Shown: piece by piece, positions 27,330 through 36,860 of the stretch
Numbering within the stretch: the stretch's first letter is position 1
Layout of the letters: each line of letters begins with the position of its first letter
IMG/VR virus record: IMGVR_UViG_3300048896_000141
Coordinates: 1-42,258 of that record
DNA from: a virus
Lineage: Duplodnaviria; Caudoviricetes
DNA: 42,258 nt
Reading direction: 5' to 3' (one strand)
Translations under genes and position numbers: made by a program
Notes under the pieces: generated by a model
Database searches by the model: none
The model's input: only the letters and a program-made list of their open reading frames with translations
Told to the model about the DNA's origin: nothing

Positions 27330-28349
27330 TTAATACGTTGCTGATACAATTGTTAAACTTTCTGGACGAACTGACCAACCTGAAGTAATACGTAATTCAC
27401 TTAACACATCCGTACCACCACCAGCGATAGGGCTGATAATTTCGCGCGGTGCAGCCATATCACAATATTGCAAATTGCAAGCATTGAGACCCGGTGTAAG
27501 TTTTGCAAACTCATTGGTATTGATACGTCCACCTTCTGGTTTTTTGATTTCTGGCAAAGTAAAGATGATCGCATCAGTACCGCCAGCACCTTTACCGAGC
27601 AAAGTATCATCACAAGAAAACTCGATATCGATACCTTGACCAGCTAGAACCAATTTAACCATATCACCAGTAGTTGCAACACCTGCGCCAGCACGTTGAA
27701 ACTGTGTCAACTGAACAACACCTTGCAAGAACCAAGCAGTGAATACACGTTGTGGCATCAACACATTGATACGTGAGCGCTGACCGACTTGCATTGTACG
27801 AGTTTGCAGCGATCCAACAACACCTAAAATAAACAAGGCCATCTGACCATTGTCATAAGTACTGATTGTTGTATTACCATTAGAATCTGCCGGTAATGTA
27901 GTGGCTGTTGCACCAACAGTATTCATCAATCCTTCACCTTGCAATGGATTGAAACCGTAGAGCAATGCATTACGCATTTGTTGGAAGAAAGCTTGACGAG
28001 CACCTAAACGATAAGCTTCAGGGAGAGCAACACCCCATTGGCCGGCTGCATTTGTATCGTGATGATCATAATCAACACGGTGACGTATCAGATACGTTGG
28101 TGTGGAGATTTGTTCAGCAGTTATACTGACAGATGGTAATGAGTTGTAATTGCTATTTCCCGCCGCCGTTTTAGTGCGAATATCTAAAGCTTTGATATAA
28201 ACAGCCAGATCACCTTCACCCAATTTAACAGTGGGATCACGGTCAGCTAACAAGTCAAATGCACCAGAAGCTTGCTGATAGGGCAAAAGAATTTCTGGTA
28301 CAAATAACGACGGATGAATCTGGACAAATGCTGGTGCGGTAAAAGACAT
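27330..28349 (-). CDS. Major capsid protein (DUF2184/linocin-like HK97 fold)
   Basis: 339 aa, after protease and decoration genes, followed by a terminator; LYGFNPLQGEGLMN, ITSGWSVRPE. Confidence 0.8.
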   Translation of the reverse strand: MSFTAPAFVQIHPSLFVPEILLPYQQASGAFDLLADRDPTVKLGEGDLAVYIKALDIRTKTAAGNSNYNSLPSVSITAEQISTPTYLIRHRVDYDHHDTNAAGQWGVALPEAYRLGARQAFFQQMRNALLYGFNPLQGEGLMNTVGATATTLPADSNGNTTISTYDNGQMALFILGVVGSLQTRTMQVGQRSRINVLMPQRVFTAWFLQGVVQLTQFQRAGAGVATTGDMVKLVLAGQGIDIEFSCDDTLLGKGAGGTDAIIFTLPEIKKPEGGRINTNEFAKLTPGLNACNLQYCDMAAPREIISPIAGGGTDVLSELRITSGWSVRPESLTIVSATY

Positions 28350-28363
28350 TTAATTCCCCTTGA

Positions 28364-29233
28364 TTAAAGTTTGACCAAGGCGCATGATCCGCCCTTATTC
28401 CACGTTGTGAAACCAGTTAGAGCATTATAAACAACTGTCATGCTATTACCGACCTGTATATCTAAAATATCTACTGCCAGAGCACCAACACCTTGATTTA
28501 ATACGATTGTACCTGTGATTGTAGTAATCACACCTGCGCCTGATACAGGAACTTGAATACTAAAGTGTTGATTATCAGTAAATGCAGTAACCGCAAAGTT
28601 ACCATTTACCAAAGTATTTCCACCCGTACCAGCATTTACAGCACCGCTAATGTTAATTCTGTCACCAACCGCACCAACGTTACTTGCAGCAGCAGTTACG
28701 ATTGCAATCGTAGCAACTGTTCCGACTGTTGTTGCAGTCATTGAAGTAACTGAAATGGTTGGCGTAGCTGCATCGTAAGCCACGATTTGTTGATTATTGA
28801 AATCCCACGATACTTGCTGAGTAATCAAACCACCAGACAAACTTATTAAGGAAGGATCAATTGCCAGAGGTACGCGAATACCAGAACCAAGACGATAGAA
28901 AGATACTGTCTGACCTGGTGCAGCTGTAGGAACTGGTGATTGTGGAGTATTGACCCAACTAGTAGCTTGATCAAACACTGAGAATCCAGTAATGTTAGCA
29001 ACAAGTGTTGCATAACTAATGTTTGGTCCAAGAACCGCGCTTTGATTAATTAATTCTTGGATCGCAACACCACCAAACATAGGTAGGGTTTGACCTGCTG
29101 AATAATTACCACCAGCTAATTCATTACGAATTGCCGGATCGCTCATTGTCATACCCTGAATATAACCATCGGACTGAACGCCAAACGAACCTGATTGAGT
29201 GGTAGTTGTGAATGGATTAAAAGAGATCGCCAT
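28364..29233 (-). CDS. Capsid decoration/cement protein with inserted beta-domain
   Basis: GYIQG..DPAIR, PMFGGVAI.E, FYRLGSGIRVP, VSWDF; between protease and capsid. Confidence 0.7.
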   Translation of the reverse strand: MAISFNPFTTTTQSGSFGVQSDGYIQGMTMSDPAIRNELAGGNYSAGQTLPMFGGVAIQELINQSAVLGPNISYATLVANITGFSVFDQATSWVNTPQSPVPTAAPGQTVSFYRLGSGIRVPLAIDPSLISLSGGLITQQVSWDFNNQQIVAYDAATPTISVTSMTATTVGTVATIAIVTAAASNVGAVGDRINISGAVNAGTGGNTLVNGNFAVTAFTDNQHFSIQVPVSGAGVITTITGTIVLNQGVGALAVDILDIQVGNSMTVVYNALTGFTTWNKGGSCALVKL

Positions 29234-31032
29234 TATTTAGCCCCTGTATTTAATTGAGTTACTTTGAAAGCGTCGGCCTTAAAATTATCCATCCAAGAAC
29301 TGATAGAACCTTTGAAAGTACTAATCTGATGACCTGCCGGACTACGTGATTTAACTTCACGTAATGTTTCACCTTGTACGAGTACAGGGTTATTTGCAGC
29401 ATCATACGCATCTTGATAAATTTGTTTCTCAGCAATTGCGAATAAGGAATCATCTGCAATCTTACTGATGTCGATATCTTTATAAGCAGCGCTATGTGCT
29501 TTGAATTTATTTGCAAGACGTTTGCGATAACCTATAACAGTTTCGCCGTTTTGAGGACGGGATGCAGAATTTCCAAAGGCACTTGCAACACTGTCAGCTT
29601 TAGCTTGAGCATCTGCCATTGCTTCCATATCTTCATCTGCCATTGCTTTAGGCATCATAGCCTCTACTGAATCAATACGTTTTTTAATTTCTTCGGCATC
29701 TGCTTTAGCTTTCGCCTTAGATTCTTCGTCTTCAGCATCGGCTTTAGCTTTATCTTCTTCCTCAGCATCGGCCTTTTTATCAGCAACGACTGCTTCAGGC
29801 TCACCTTTACCAGCTTCGGCCATAGCATCAACTTTTTTAGTTAATGAATCAACAGCAGACATCATTGCATCAAATTTCTTTTGGAATGCATCTTTTTCGT
29901 CTGCATCCGCTTTGGCTTTAACATCTTCTTCGTTCATTTTTACCACTCCTAAAGTGACGCTATCGGAAACTACACCTGTTGGATTGCCGCCTTTATCCCA
30001 TACGCCTTGAACACAAATTGCAACATGGTCTAAAAGACTCGGACAACCTTCAATTAATAAATCTGTACCATCTTCCAAACGAATTGTATCATTACCATCT
30101 TGTTTTGTGAACACAACTGTGGGTGAAGTTGATAAAATATTTTCGGTCATTGCTTGGGCGGCTGTTTCATCGAAGATTTTAGCAATCCCCCAAACTTCAG
30201 CAACGTCTTCTTTAAGGTAAGGAATGAAGATAGAACCGATATTACGATCTGCATATTCATCACTATTCAACGTACCTTTCTCAGGATGTTCCCAAATAAC
30301 GGGCAATCCGTTGCAACGAGCCAAAAATTCAGAATTCATGTAATGTTCAGGTGGGCGATGTACAAATTCATCCCCTCTTGAACGATAAGCTGTTCCAGTA
30401 CCAGTAATTCGAATATTGAACAACCACATATTCGCAAACTTTTGAGGGCTTGTTAGTGACCCATCTTGTATCCTGCGCGCGACTTCTAATTCATTGCGCG
30501 GCATATACAATGCTGATTTAAACTTAATACTGTCTAAAAATTTGTCTAAATTTGGATGTAATGGTTTAGGCAATTCATCCATCGTAGCCCACACATAACC
30601 CGTTGATTCATCATTTAGAGTTGGAATAAAGTCCGCTTTTGCAAAAAATAAGCAAAAATCATCGATATCTTCATGCTCCGGCAATAATTGATCTGTTTGA
30701 AATCCAACCTCTTCAAGACATTCACGAATGGCCGCTTGTTGTGCAGTTTCACCTAATTCAATATGCCCACCCGGAAATGCCCAAGTATCGGGTGCATCAC
30801 CATCGGGACCACGTTTAATTAGAAGGAATCTATCGTTATGAATGAATGCAATACCTGCGGATTTATCAGTAGCTACGGCATCAGCCTCTATGTCAAGTCT
30901 CGCTGGAACATGCTCATTTTCACCATCCGCGCCGACAAATTCTTTACCTACACTCGCAGGAATCCCAAGCGTAGAACGACCTTCCGATGCTGCATACATG
31001 GCTTTTCGTTGGGCTTCTGACTTAGCTGGCAT
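29233..31032 (-). CDS. NUDIX hydrolase - DUF2213 prohead protease - scaffold fusion
   Basis: Nudix box GGHIELGETAQQAAIRECLEEVG; IRITGTG, GLPVIWEHP, LLDHVAIC..GVWDKG; acidic KAKADAE coiled-coil tail. Confidence 0.85.
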   Translation of the reverse strand: MPAKSEAQRKAMYAASEGRSTLGIPASVGKEFVGADGENEHVPARLDIEADAVATDKSAGIAFIHNDRFLLIKRGPDGDAPDTWAFPGGHIELGETAQQAAIRECLEEVGFQTDQLLPEHEDIDDFCLFFAKADFIPTLNDESTGYVWATMDELPKPLHPNLDKFLDSIKFKSALYMPRNELEVARRIQDGSLTSPQKFANMWLFNIRITGTGTAYRSRGDEFVHRPPEHYMNSEFLARCNGLPVIWEHPEKGTLNSDEYADRNIGSIFIPYLKEDVAEVWGIAKIFDETAAQAMTENILSTSPTVVFTKQDGNDTIRLEDGTDLLIEGCPSLLDHVAICVQGVWDKGGNPTGVVSDSVTLGVVKMNEEDVKAKADADEKDAFQKKFDAMMSAVDSLTKKVDAMAEAGKGEPEAVVADKKADAEEEDKAKADAEDEESKAKAKADAEEIKKRIDSVEAMMPKAMADEDMEAMADAQAKADSVASAFGNSASRPQNGETVIGYRKRLANKFKAHSAAYKDIDISKIADDSLFAIAEKQIYQDAYDAANNPVLVQGETLREVKSRSPAGHQISTFKGSISSWMDNFKADAFKVTQLNTGAK

Positions 31033-31469
31033 TATATTCCAGTGCTCCCAAATCCATTAGAACCACGATCAGTAGGTGGAAAATCTTCAACAATGTCAAA
31101 TGGGGTTTGCATAATAGGTATCAGCACCAGTTGTGCAGCCCTATCCATCGGTTGAATTGTATAAGCTTCAGTGCTTCTATTCCACAATGAAACCTTCAAT
31201 TCGCCTTGATAATCGCTATCAATCAATCCTGTACCATTCCCAAGAACAATTCCGAACATTGCACCCAAACCACTTCTAGGTAGGATTAAACCAGCATAAT
31301 TAGGGGATTCAATCCAGATGGCAAAACCTGCGGAAATTAATGTGGAACCACCAGGTTCTATAGTAATGGGCGCATCAATACATGCTTGCAAGTCAATTGC
31401 TGCACTACCCGATGTAGCAAATTTGGGCAAGTTTGTTCTGATACGTTCGTCAATTATTTTAAGTTTCAT
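31032..31469 (-). CDS. dut: Trimeric dUTPase
   Basis: All five motifs: AAIDL, PRSGLG, GLIDSDYQGE, DRAAQLV, RGSNGFGSTG. Confidence 0.96.
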   Translation of the reverse strand: MKLKIIDERIRTNLPKFATSGSAAIDLQACIDAPITIEPGGSTLISAGFAIWIESPNYAGLILPRSGLGAMFGIVLGNGTGLIDSDYQGELKVSLWNRSTEAYTIQPMDRAAQLVLIPIMQTPFDIVEDFPPTDRGSNGFGSTGI

Positions 31470-31918
31470 ATTTTGTAAGGATAGGTTATTTCAACACCGA
31501 TAGTCATTAATGACCATTGATCAGTTGCTAAAAATCCAAATGCACCAACGCCAATTATACCACCGGGTGGAATGATAAACTCAGGAATCCCCAAAGTTTC
31601 AAAACCCAATGCATTATCCATCACATCATTTACAAAACCACTAGACCCAAAAGAGTATTCGTAGACTTTACTGGCTGGCTGTAAGATTGTGGCAAAGACT
31701 GTACCCAGTCTTAATGCTACGGCATTACCCTGAGCAATTAGAAATACAGTTCTATTTCCAGCAGTTGCACCTGTGGTTAATGTTACGTAAAGAGTTTTTA
31801 CCCGCCATTGCTGACCTGCTGGAACTGTTGCTATGTAATTAGCATTCCCCAAAACAGGCTTGGGAACAGAAATGGCTGCAAATATAGGCTGTTGCGCCCC
31901 ACTGGAAAGCATCGACAT
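31466..31918 (-). CDS. Hypothetical beta-rich protein, possibly virion-associated
   Basis: 150-aa ORF tightly packed in the head cluster; TVPAGQQWRV. Confidence 0.65.
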   Translation of the reverse strand: MSMLSSGAQQPIFAAISVPKPVLGNANYIATVPAGQQWRVKTLYVTLTTGATAGNRTVFLIAQGNAVALRLGTVFATILQPASKVYEYSFGSSGFVNDVMDNALGFETLGIPEFIIPPGGIIGVGAFGFLATDQWSLMTIGVEITYPYKI

Positions 31919-31919
31919 A

Positions 31920-32714
31920 CTAACTCTCTAATTGTTTTAGCCCTTTTATTGTTAGCATTTCTTTGGGCAATCGTCGAATTGAATAAATATAAGTCATACT
32001 GCATCTGCAAAATATCTCTTCGCCCGGTGCGGTCATTTCATCTGTATAACCGGCACCTTTGTTCATTAATCCTTTTTCCATCGCCCAATTACCACGTATT
32101 GCATAAACTTTACTATCGCGCAACTTATGATCTTCACGATAATCATAACCAGATTGTCTAAAGTGTGAATTCCATTCTGCTGCAATCGCACCACCATCAA
32201 CAGCTACAATGTTGTGCAAAGTACTCGTAAATTTGTGAGATTGGTCAATCATTACTCGTCGTTCAGCGAAGGGTAGAGACTTAAGCGCTTTTGCTACCGA
32301 CTCTTTTACCTCACGCGTATCTGTCACCTTGGAACCACCAACAGGTACGGAAGTTGCCCAACCGCTGAAACGTTGTATTGTACTATTAATAACATCTTCA
32401 CGGTTTAATTTAATCAACTGTGCTGATGACATTAGCCTGCGCTGCAATTCTGCATGTAGTTTAGGTTTGATTAATTCCAAGCGATATGCAGAAATACCGG
32501 GATGAACTTTTAACAACTGTCCACCTTTGAGCATTCTACCATAAGTTGTGTTAAATACACGTATTAATTCTTCTTCAACTCGTGCTGAAGGTTGCATAGT
32601 TATGCGTGCAGCTTGCAGGATTTGTTGAATCCATTTGTCAAGTCGGTCTTGAGAATCGTAACCGTACTTTTCGATATCAGCAATTGCAGCTGTTATGGTT
32701 TCGAAGAAAGTCAT
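31920..32714 (-). CDS. Head morphogenesis protein (SPP1 gp7 / Mu F-like)
   Basis: RRVMIDQSHK, W.SH, YREDH..RD.KVY, PGEEIFCRC. Confidence 0.85.
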   Translation of the reverse strand: MTFFETITAAIADIEKYGYDSQDRLDKWIQQILQAARITMQPSARVEEELIRVFNTTYGRMLKGGQLLKVHPGISAYRLELIKPKLHAELQRRLMSSAQLIKLNREDVINSTIQRFSGWATSVPVGGSKVTDTREVKESVAKALKSLPFAERRVMIDQSHKFTSTLHNIVAVDGGAIAAEWNSHFRQSGYDYREDHKLRDSKVYAIRGNWAMEKGLMNKGAGYTDEMTAPGEEIFCRCSMTYIYSIRRLPKEMLTIKGLKQLES

Positions 32715-33499
32715 ATCTTAACACCCCTTGCCGCAAGCATATTTGTCAGCATTTGTTTTTGTAATTCTGGACATCTTCTTTTTGCAGCATTACGTAACTT
32801 TTCTCGAGTTTCATCAGATATAGGTGCTCTATTTCTTCCAGCTTCGCTAATTTTTCTTTTTGCTTCATCTGACATTTTCTTACCTTTGCGATAACTTCCT
32901 AATAATTTTCTTTCTTCCTCTGTATAAATTCTATTTTTATATCTACGTTTTGCAGCAATTTTCATATTTTCTATAGCTTCTTTAGAATTTACATAACCTA
33001 TTCTAGATATTGATCTTTTTACTTTTTGTTCTTCAGATTGTTTTGTACCCAATTTAGCAATTCTCATTTTTTCTTTAGTTATTGGGTCAGACAATCTTAA
33101 TTTCAAAAGCACCTTTCTTTCTTCAGTATAAATAAGTCCTATATTGCTTTCAGCAATGGGACGTTTATTATATCCATTTTTAAAAGCTTCCAAAGTATTA
33201 ATCCAATATTGTTCCCTTTCAACAATAATTTCTTTTGTACAATTTTCAATAATACCTATTTCAAAATTATATTCACTATATAAAAACCATGCACTTTGTA
33301 AATGTTTATTTACATGTAACCCACGTCTTAACATTGATAAGTGTGCATAAATACGGTGTCTTAAATCAATTGAGCTTCCCACATAATATTTTAAATTTGT
33401 TTTATTTTTAAAATAATATATACCGCCGTCTTTTACATCAGGATGCAGACGAGAATGGTTTTGGTGGGTCAGGTTCGGTAGGCTGAACAGGTGGGACAT
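32711..33499 (-). mobile_element. Free-standing GIY-YIG homing endonuclease with NUMOD3-type repeats
   Basis: GIYYFKN...YYVGSS, R...H, EREQYWI, GYN; repeats such as GTKQSEEQK and GKKMSDEAKRKISEA; AT-rich. Confidence 0.9.
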
Positions 33500-34853
33500 A
33501 ATTTTTCAAAGCCTCTATATCTAACAGTAAAGGGTGTTTGAAAAGTATTTTATTATCATTCAACGTAAGTGTCAACCAGTCAATCAAGTTGGCCTTATTT
33601 ACAGGGTCAAGATTCGGCAATAACACTTCGGTAGCTGCAATTGCCGCCTTTAATTTAATATCATCTACTTTTGCAACTTCTGAATCAGGCTCCTGTAATA
33701 AACTAGGCCACTCAGTGTGGAAAGAATTGCACCATTCGTAATAAGCTTTAGTGTAACCAACCTTTTTATATTCTGGAAATTGCGCTTGAATTGTCTTGTG
33801 AAAATCAGGGTTCCACGCGCGCGCCATTACTATTTTATCAAAGAAGTCATACAACGGCTGCATTTCCTCACGAATACTGTTGATGTATTCAGCATTCTTT
33901 TTAGCGTCTTCAGTACCCTCTCCAAACCCCTCAGCCATAGTCTCGTTATTGAGCATTTTTGCGGGCATACCAGCACCACTTGCAATATTATCAAGTATGT
34001 TCTTGCGCGCGGTAATCATCCCGGTGTCAGCATTTTTTAAATCGATCGCTTCAATCGATTCTTCTAATCCAATGCTCAGTACATTACCTGTCTGCGCTTC
34101 TTTAACAAAATCACGCTTCAAACCCATTGTCTTTTGCATAACACGATCAACAATTGAGCCAGCTTGTTTAGTCTTTGCAACAATGACACCAGCTTTAAGT
34201 GTCACGAGATCATCGGTAATCATTGACTGAATAAATGATTTGAGCGGGAATAGCGTGCGTTGATAAACGGAACGACCTACGAAGCCGAATGCAGAGTTAC
34301 TGTACGCTATGTACACAGGTTCCTCGTTCATTATGGTAACTGAGCGCGACCGGTGATAAGCAATACCATTTACAGAAATGTTACTGTGCTTCTGAAAATC
34401 TGGGCTGTTAGGGTCTTGATTAAGCACCAACGATCCAGCAGTATTGAGCGGATCGAGAATATTAAAATAGATATCAAGATCGGCCAAATCTTTAGGATCA
34501 ATCGGTCTATCTGTAGGAATGCCCATTGCGCCATACGCAACAGAAGCAATACCATAAATACGACTCAATCGCATCACATTGAAGATGTGCTTATCCGCGC
34601 CTATCGCTTCCCATTCTTTACAAAACGCTTCTTTGATCGTATCTTCAGGCGAATTAGGAATGGATATCTCACGCTCTTGACTCATTGCTATAGATATTGG
34701 CAATTCCGCTAACTTTGCACCCAATGGATGATGTAAATAAATAGTCTTACATAATTGATAAGATACGTCATCACCCGGTTCAATACCTTGCGACATGAGC
34801 AATTCTTGCAATGGGTTGCCAAGAACACTTGAGGTTATATCAATTGTTGCCAT
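33438..34853 (-). CDS. Portal protein (DUF1073-like)
   Basis: After TerL; SRIYGIA, LDPLNTAGS, FGFVGRSVYQR, GFGEGTEDAK. Confidence 0.85.
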   Translation of the reverse strand: MATIDITSSVLGNPLQELLMSQGIEPGDDVSYQLCKTIYLHHPLGAKLAELPISIAMSQEREISIPNSPEDTIKEAFCKEWEAIGADKHIFNVMRLSRIYGIASVAYGAMGIPTDRPIDPKDLADLDIYFNILDPLNTAGSLVLNQDPNSPDFQKHSNISVNGIAYHRSRSVTIMNEEPVYIAYSNSAFGFVGRSVYQRTLFPLKSFIQSMITDDLVTLKAGVIVAKTKQAGSIVDRVMQKTMGLKRDFVKEAQTGNVLSIGLEESIEAIDLKNADTGMITARKNILDNIASGAGMPAKMLNNETMAEGFGEGTEDAKKNAEYINSIREEMQPLYDFFDKIVMARAWNPDFHKTIQAQFPEYKKVGYTKAYYEWCNSFHTEWPSLLQEPDSEVAKVDDIKLKAAIAATEVLLPNLDPVNKANLIDWLTLTLNDNKILFKHPLLLDIEALKNYVPPVQPTEPDPPKPFSSAS

Positions 34854-34871
34854 TATATGTATTCCCAATGA

Positions 34872-36162
34872 TTAAAATGCATCTTGCCCTCCCAAACTAC
34901 AAAGTACATTATAAACGAATGCATCAAGCAAATCATCACTTCTCTTACCGGCATCTTTGTCTCCGATGCGAAAGGAACATACTTGGCTCAAAAGCGCATT
35001 ACGAGTATTTCCTTTATAAGTTACAACTTTATCAAAAGCATATTGTGACAATTTAACTTCACCTTGATGAACTGCCCCACTGGCTGCAATTGCACGACCA
35101 TCTTTACCAGCAGCAACAATTGCACCATCAATTGGTTGTACATCCCAACCTCTGCGTAATGCCGATTGAAGCAAAGTAGTACCTGAAGATTTGTCTTCAA
35201 TCCAAACACCACCAACACCTCCGCGACTTTTTGTTTCTAATGCTAATTGTTCCAATCGTTTAAAAACATTCGGTAACCAATCAGTAAGTAAATCACTTTC
35301 AATTTGAACAATATCATAATCTAATATAGTTAAAGGGTGCCCAAAATGTTTTGAAACTGCACCATATACTACAGCTGTTGCGTCATGTTGTTGACCTATC
35401 TTCATTGCACTATCAATTGTTGCAAATACATAATCATTATGTATTGGATATTCAACACCTTTATTATTTACAGTCAATTTATCCAATGAAAAAAATGCAA
35501 TCCCAGCCCATGATACAAATTCGGCAAGATGCTCTTGAAGATACACTTGAGGTACCATCATTAATCTTTTACGTTCCAAATATTCTGGTTTTACATAAGG
35601 ATTTGCAGAGGTTGGAGCATGATGTTTTTTAAATCCCAATTTAGGATCGTGCCAACAATTATAGAAAAAATTATCTTCATCTATTCCATTTGGCGTTGAA
35701 TAAACAGTAACTTTCCCATTTGTTGTTAATAGTGTTGGTTCAATTGATTTTTCCCATATATCCATCATTTGACGATCTGTACTTTTAGTAAATGCAGCCT
35801 CATCAACAAAAACATGATGATACTCACGGCCACGCCCACAAAGATAATTATCGGTCGTTGTCCAAAAATCAATTTTACCTCCGGTTTTAAGCTTTATTGT
35901 TCCTTCAGTTCTACTGGCAGATTTTACAATGGAGTGTAAAATATCACGAAGTTGATCGAATGGTTCAGCACCTTGTTTATATTCCGGGGTAAATATACCA
36001 GCTTTCCCCCCACGAATTGCAACCATTGCAGCTTTTACAACCATATCTTGTGTTTTACCAAAATCGTCTGCCACAACATATGACATCTCGTTGTGACCTC
36101 CCTTCATAAATCTTTATTTGTCCACTATGTAATGTTGGTAAAATTATATTAATCTTTTTCAT
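34872..36162 (-). CDS. terL: Terminase large subunit, with a +1 frameshift near 36060
   Basis: N-terminus MKKINIILPTLHSGQ...CCGRRF from ATG 36162; continues GKT in the listed frame; Walker B VFVDEAAF, STPNG, nuclease D and DDLLDA. Confidence 0.9.
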
Positions 36163-36851
36163 TCTGGCAAACCTCCTGTAATAACTATTTCTGTACCATC
36201 CGAATCATCTTTACTTTTATCTTCAGGTGCCAGCAATTTAAAATATTTTGCTAAGTTTAAAAGAGCTGCATCTTGATCTCGCATTTTTATTTCGATACCG
36301 TCCTTAGTTGATTTAAAGCCCGCGTAGAGCCTTTTGGCTTCTGGGGTTAAGTACCTAGTGTCATGCACAAATGCGCGTCCTATACCCTCTCCTGAGCAGT
36401 TTGGACAGTGTTGGTTAGGTTCTAAGTTCTCTTTAAATCCATAACCGCCATTATTTGTTGGTAAAGGTTGTTTAAAATCCATCGCACGCGCAACACTGCG
36501 CGCATACTCAGACTCATTAACCCATTGATATTCAAATCCTGCACCATAGCAATGTCTGCAATTGACATGTTGATATTGCATCAGTTCATTGACATCACAG
36601 GTTGCAATTGCGATCCATTCTGCAATTACCTTCGAGCCGTCAAAAATTGCAGCACGGGCGGCGGCGTCGCGCATTTCTTGCACACGGGTAAGAATGTGAC
36701 GCTTTTTCATTAAATTGCGAGCTTTAACAGAAATTTGTGTATTAGTAAGATTTATTGCTTCTTTAAAACTATTCTTAAATGCAATAGACGTGTCGACCCC
36801 TCGAACCATTTCACAACAAAAATGTTCTTCTTCAACGGTCAATAATTGCAT
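36159..36851 (-). CDS. terS: Terminase small subunit with zinc-finger insertion
   Basis: LTVEEEHFC HTH-like start, CRHCYG...CPNCSGEG, TKDGIEIKMRDQDAAL..LAKY. Confidence 0.85.
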   Translation of the reverse strand: MQLLTVEEEHFCCEMVRGVDTSIAFKNSFKEAINLTNTQISVKARNLMKKRHILTRVQEMRDAAARAAIFDGSKVIAEWIAIATCDVNELMQYQHVNCRHCYGAGFEYQWVNESEYARSVARAMDFKQPLPTNNGGYGFKENLEPNQHCPNCSGEGIGRAFVHDTRYLTPEAKRLYAGFKSTKDGIEIKMRDQDAALLNLAKYFKLLAPEDKSKDDSDGTEIVITGGLPE

Positions 36852-36860
36852 TAGAAATCC

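Noticed and set aside
32711-33499. Group I intron around the GIY-YIG gene
   Set aside because: Both neighbouring genes appear complete and overlap the ORF.
36064-36107. Listed TerL N-terminus MKGGHNEMSYVVAD
   Set aside because: It destroys the Walker A motif; the true N-terminus is in the adjacent frame.
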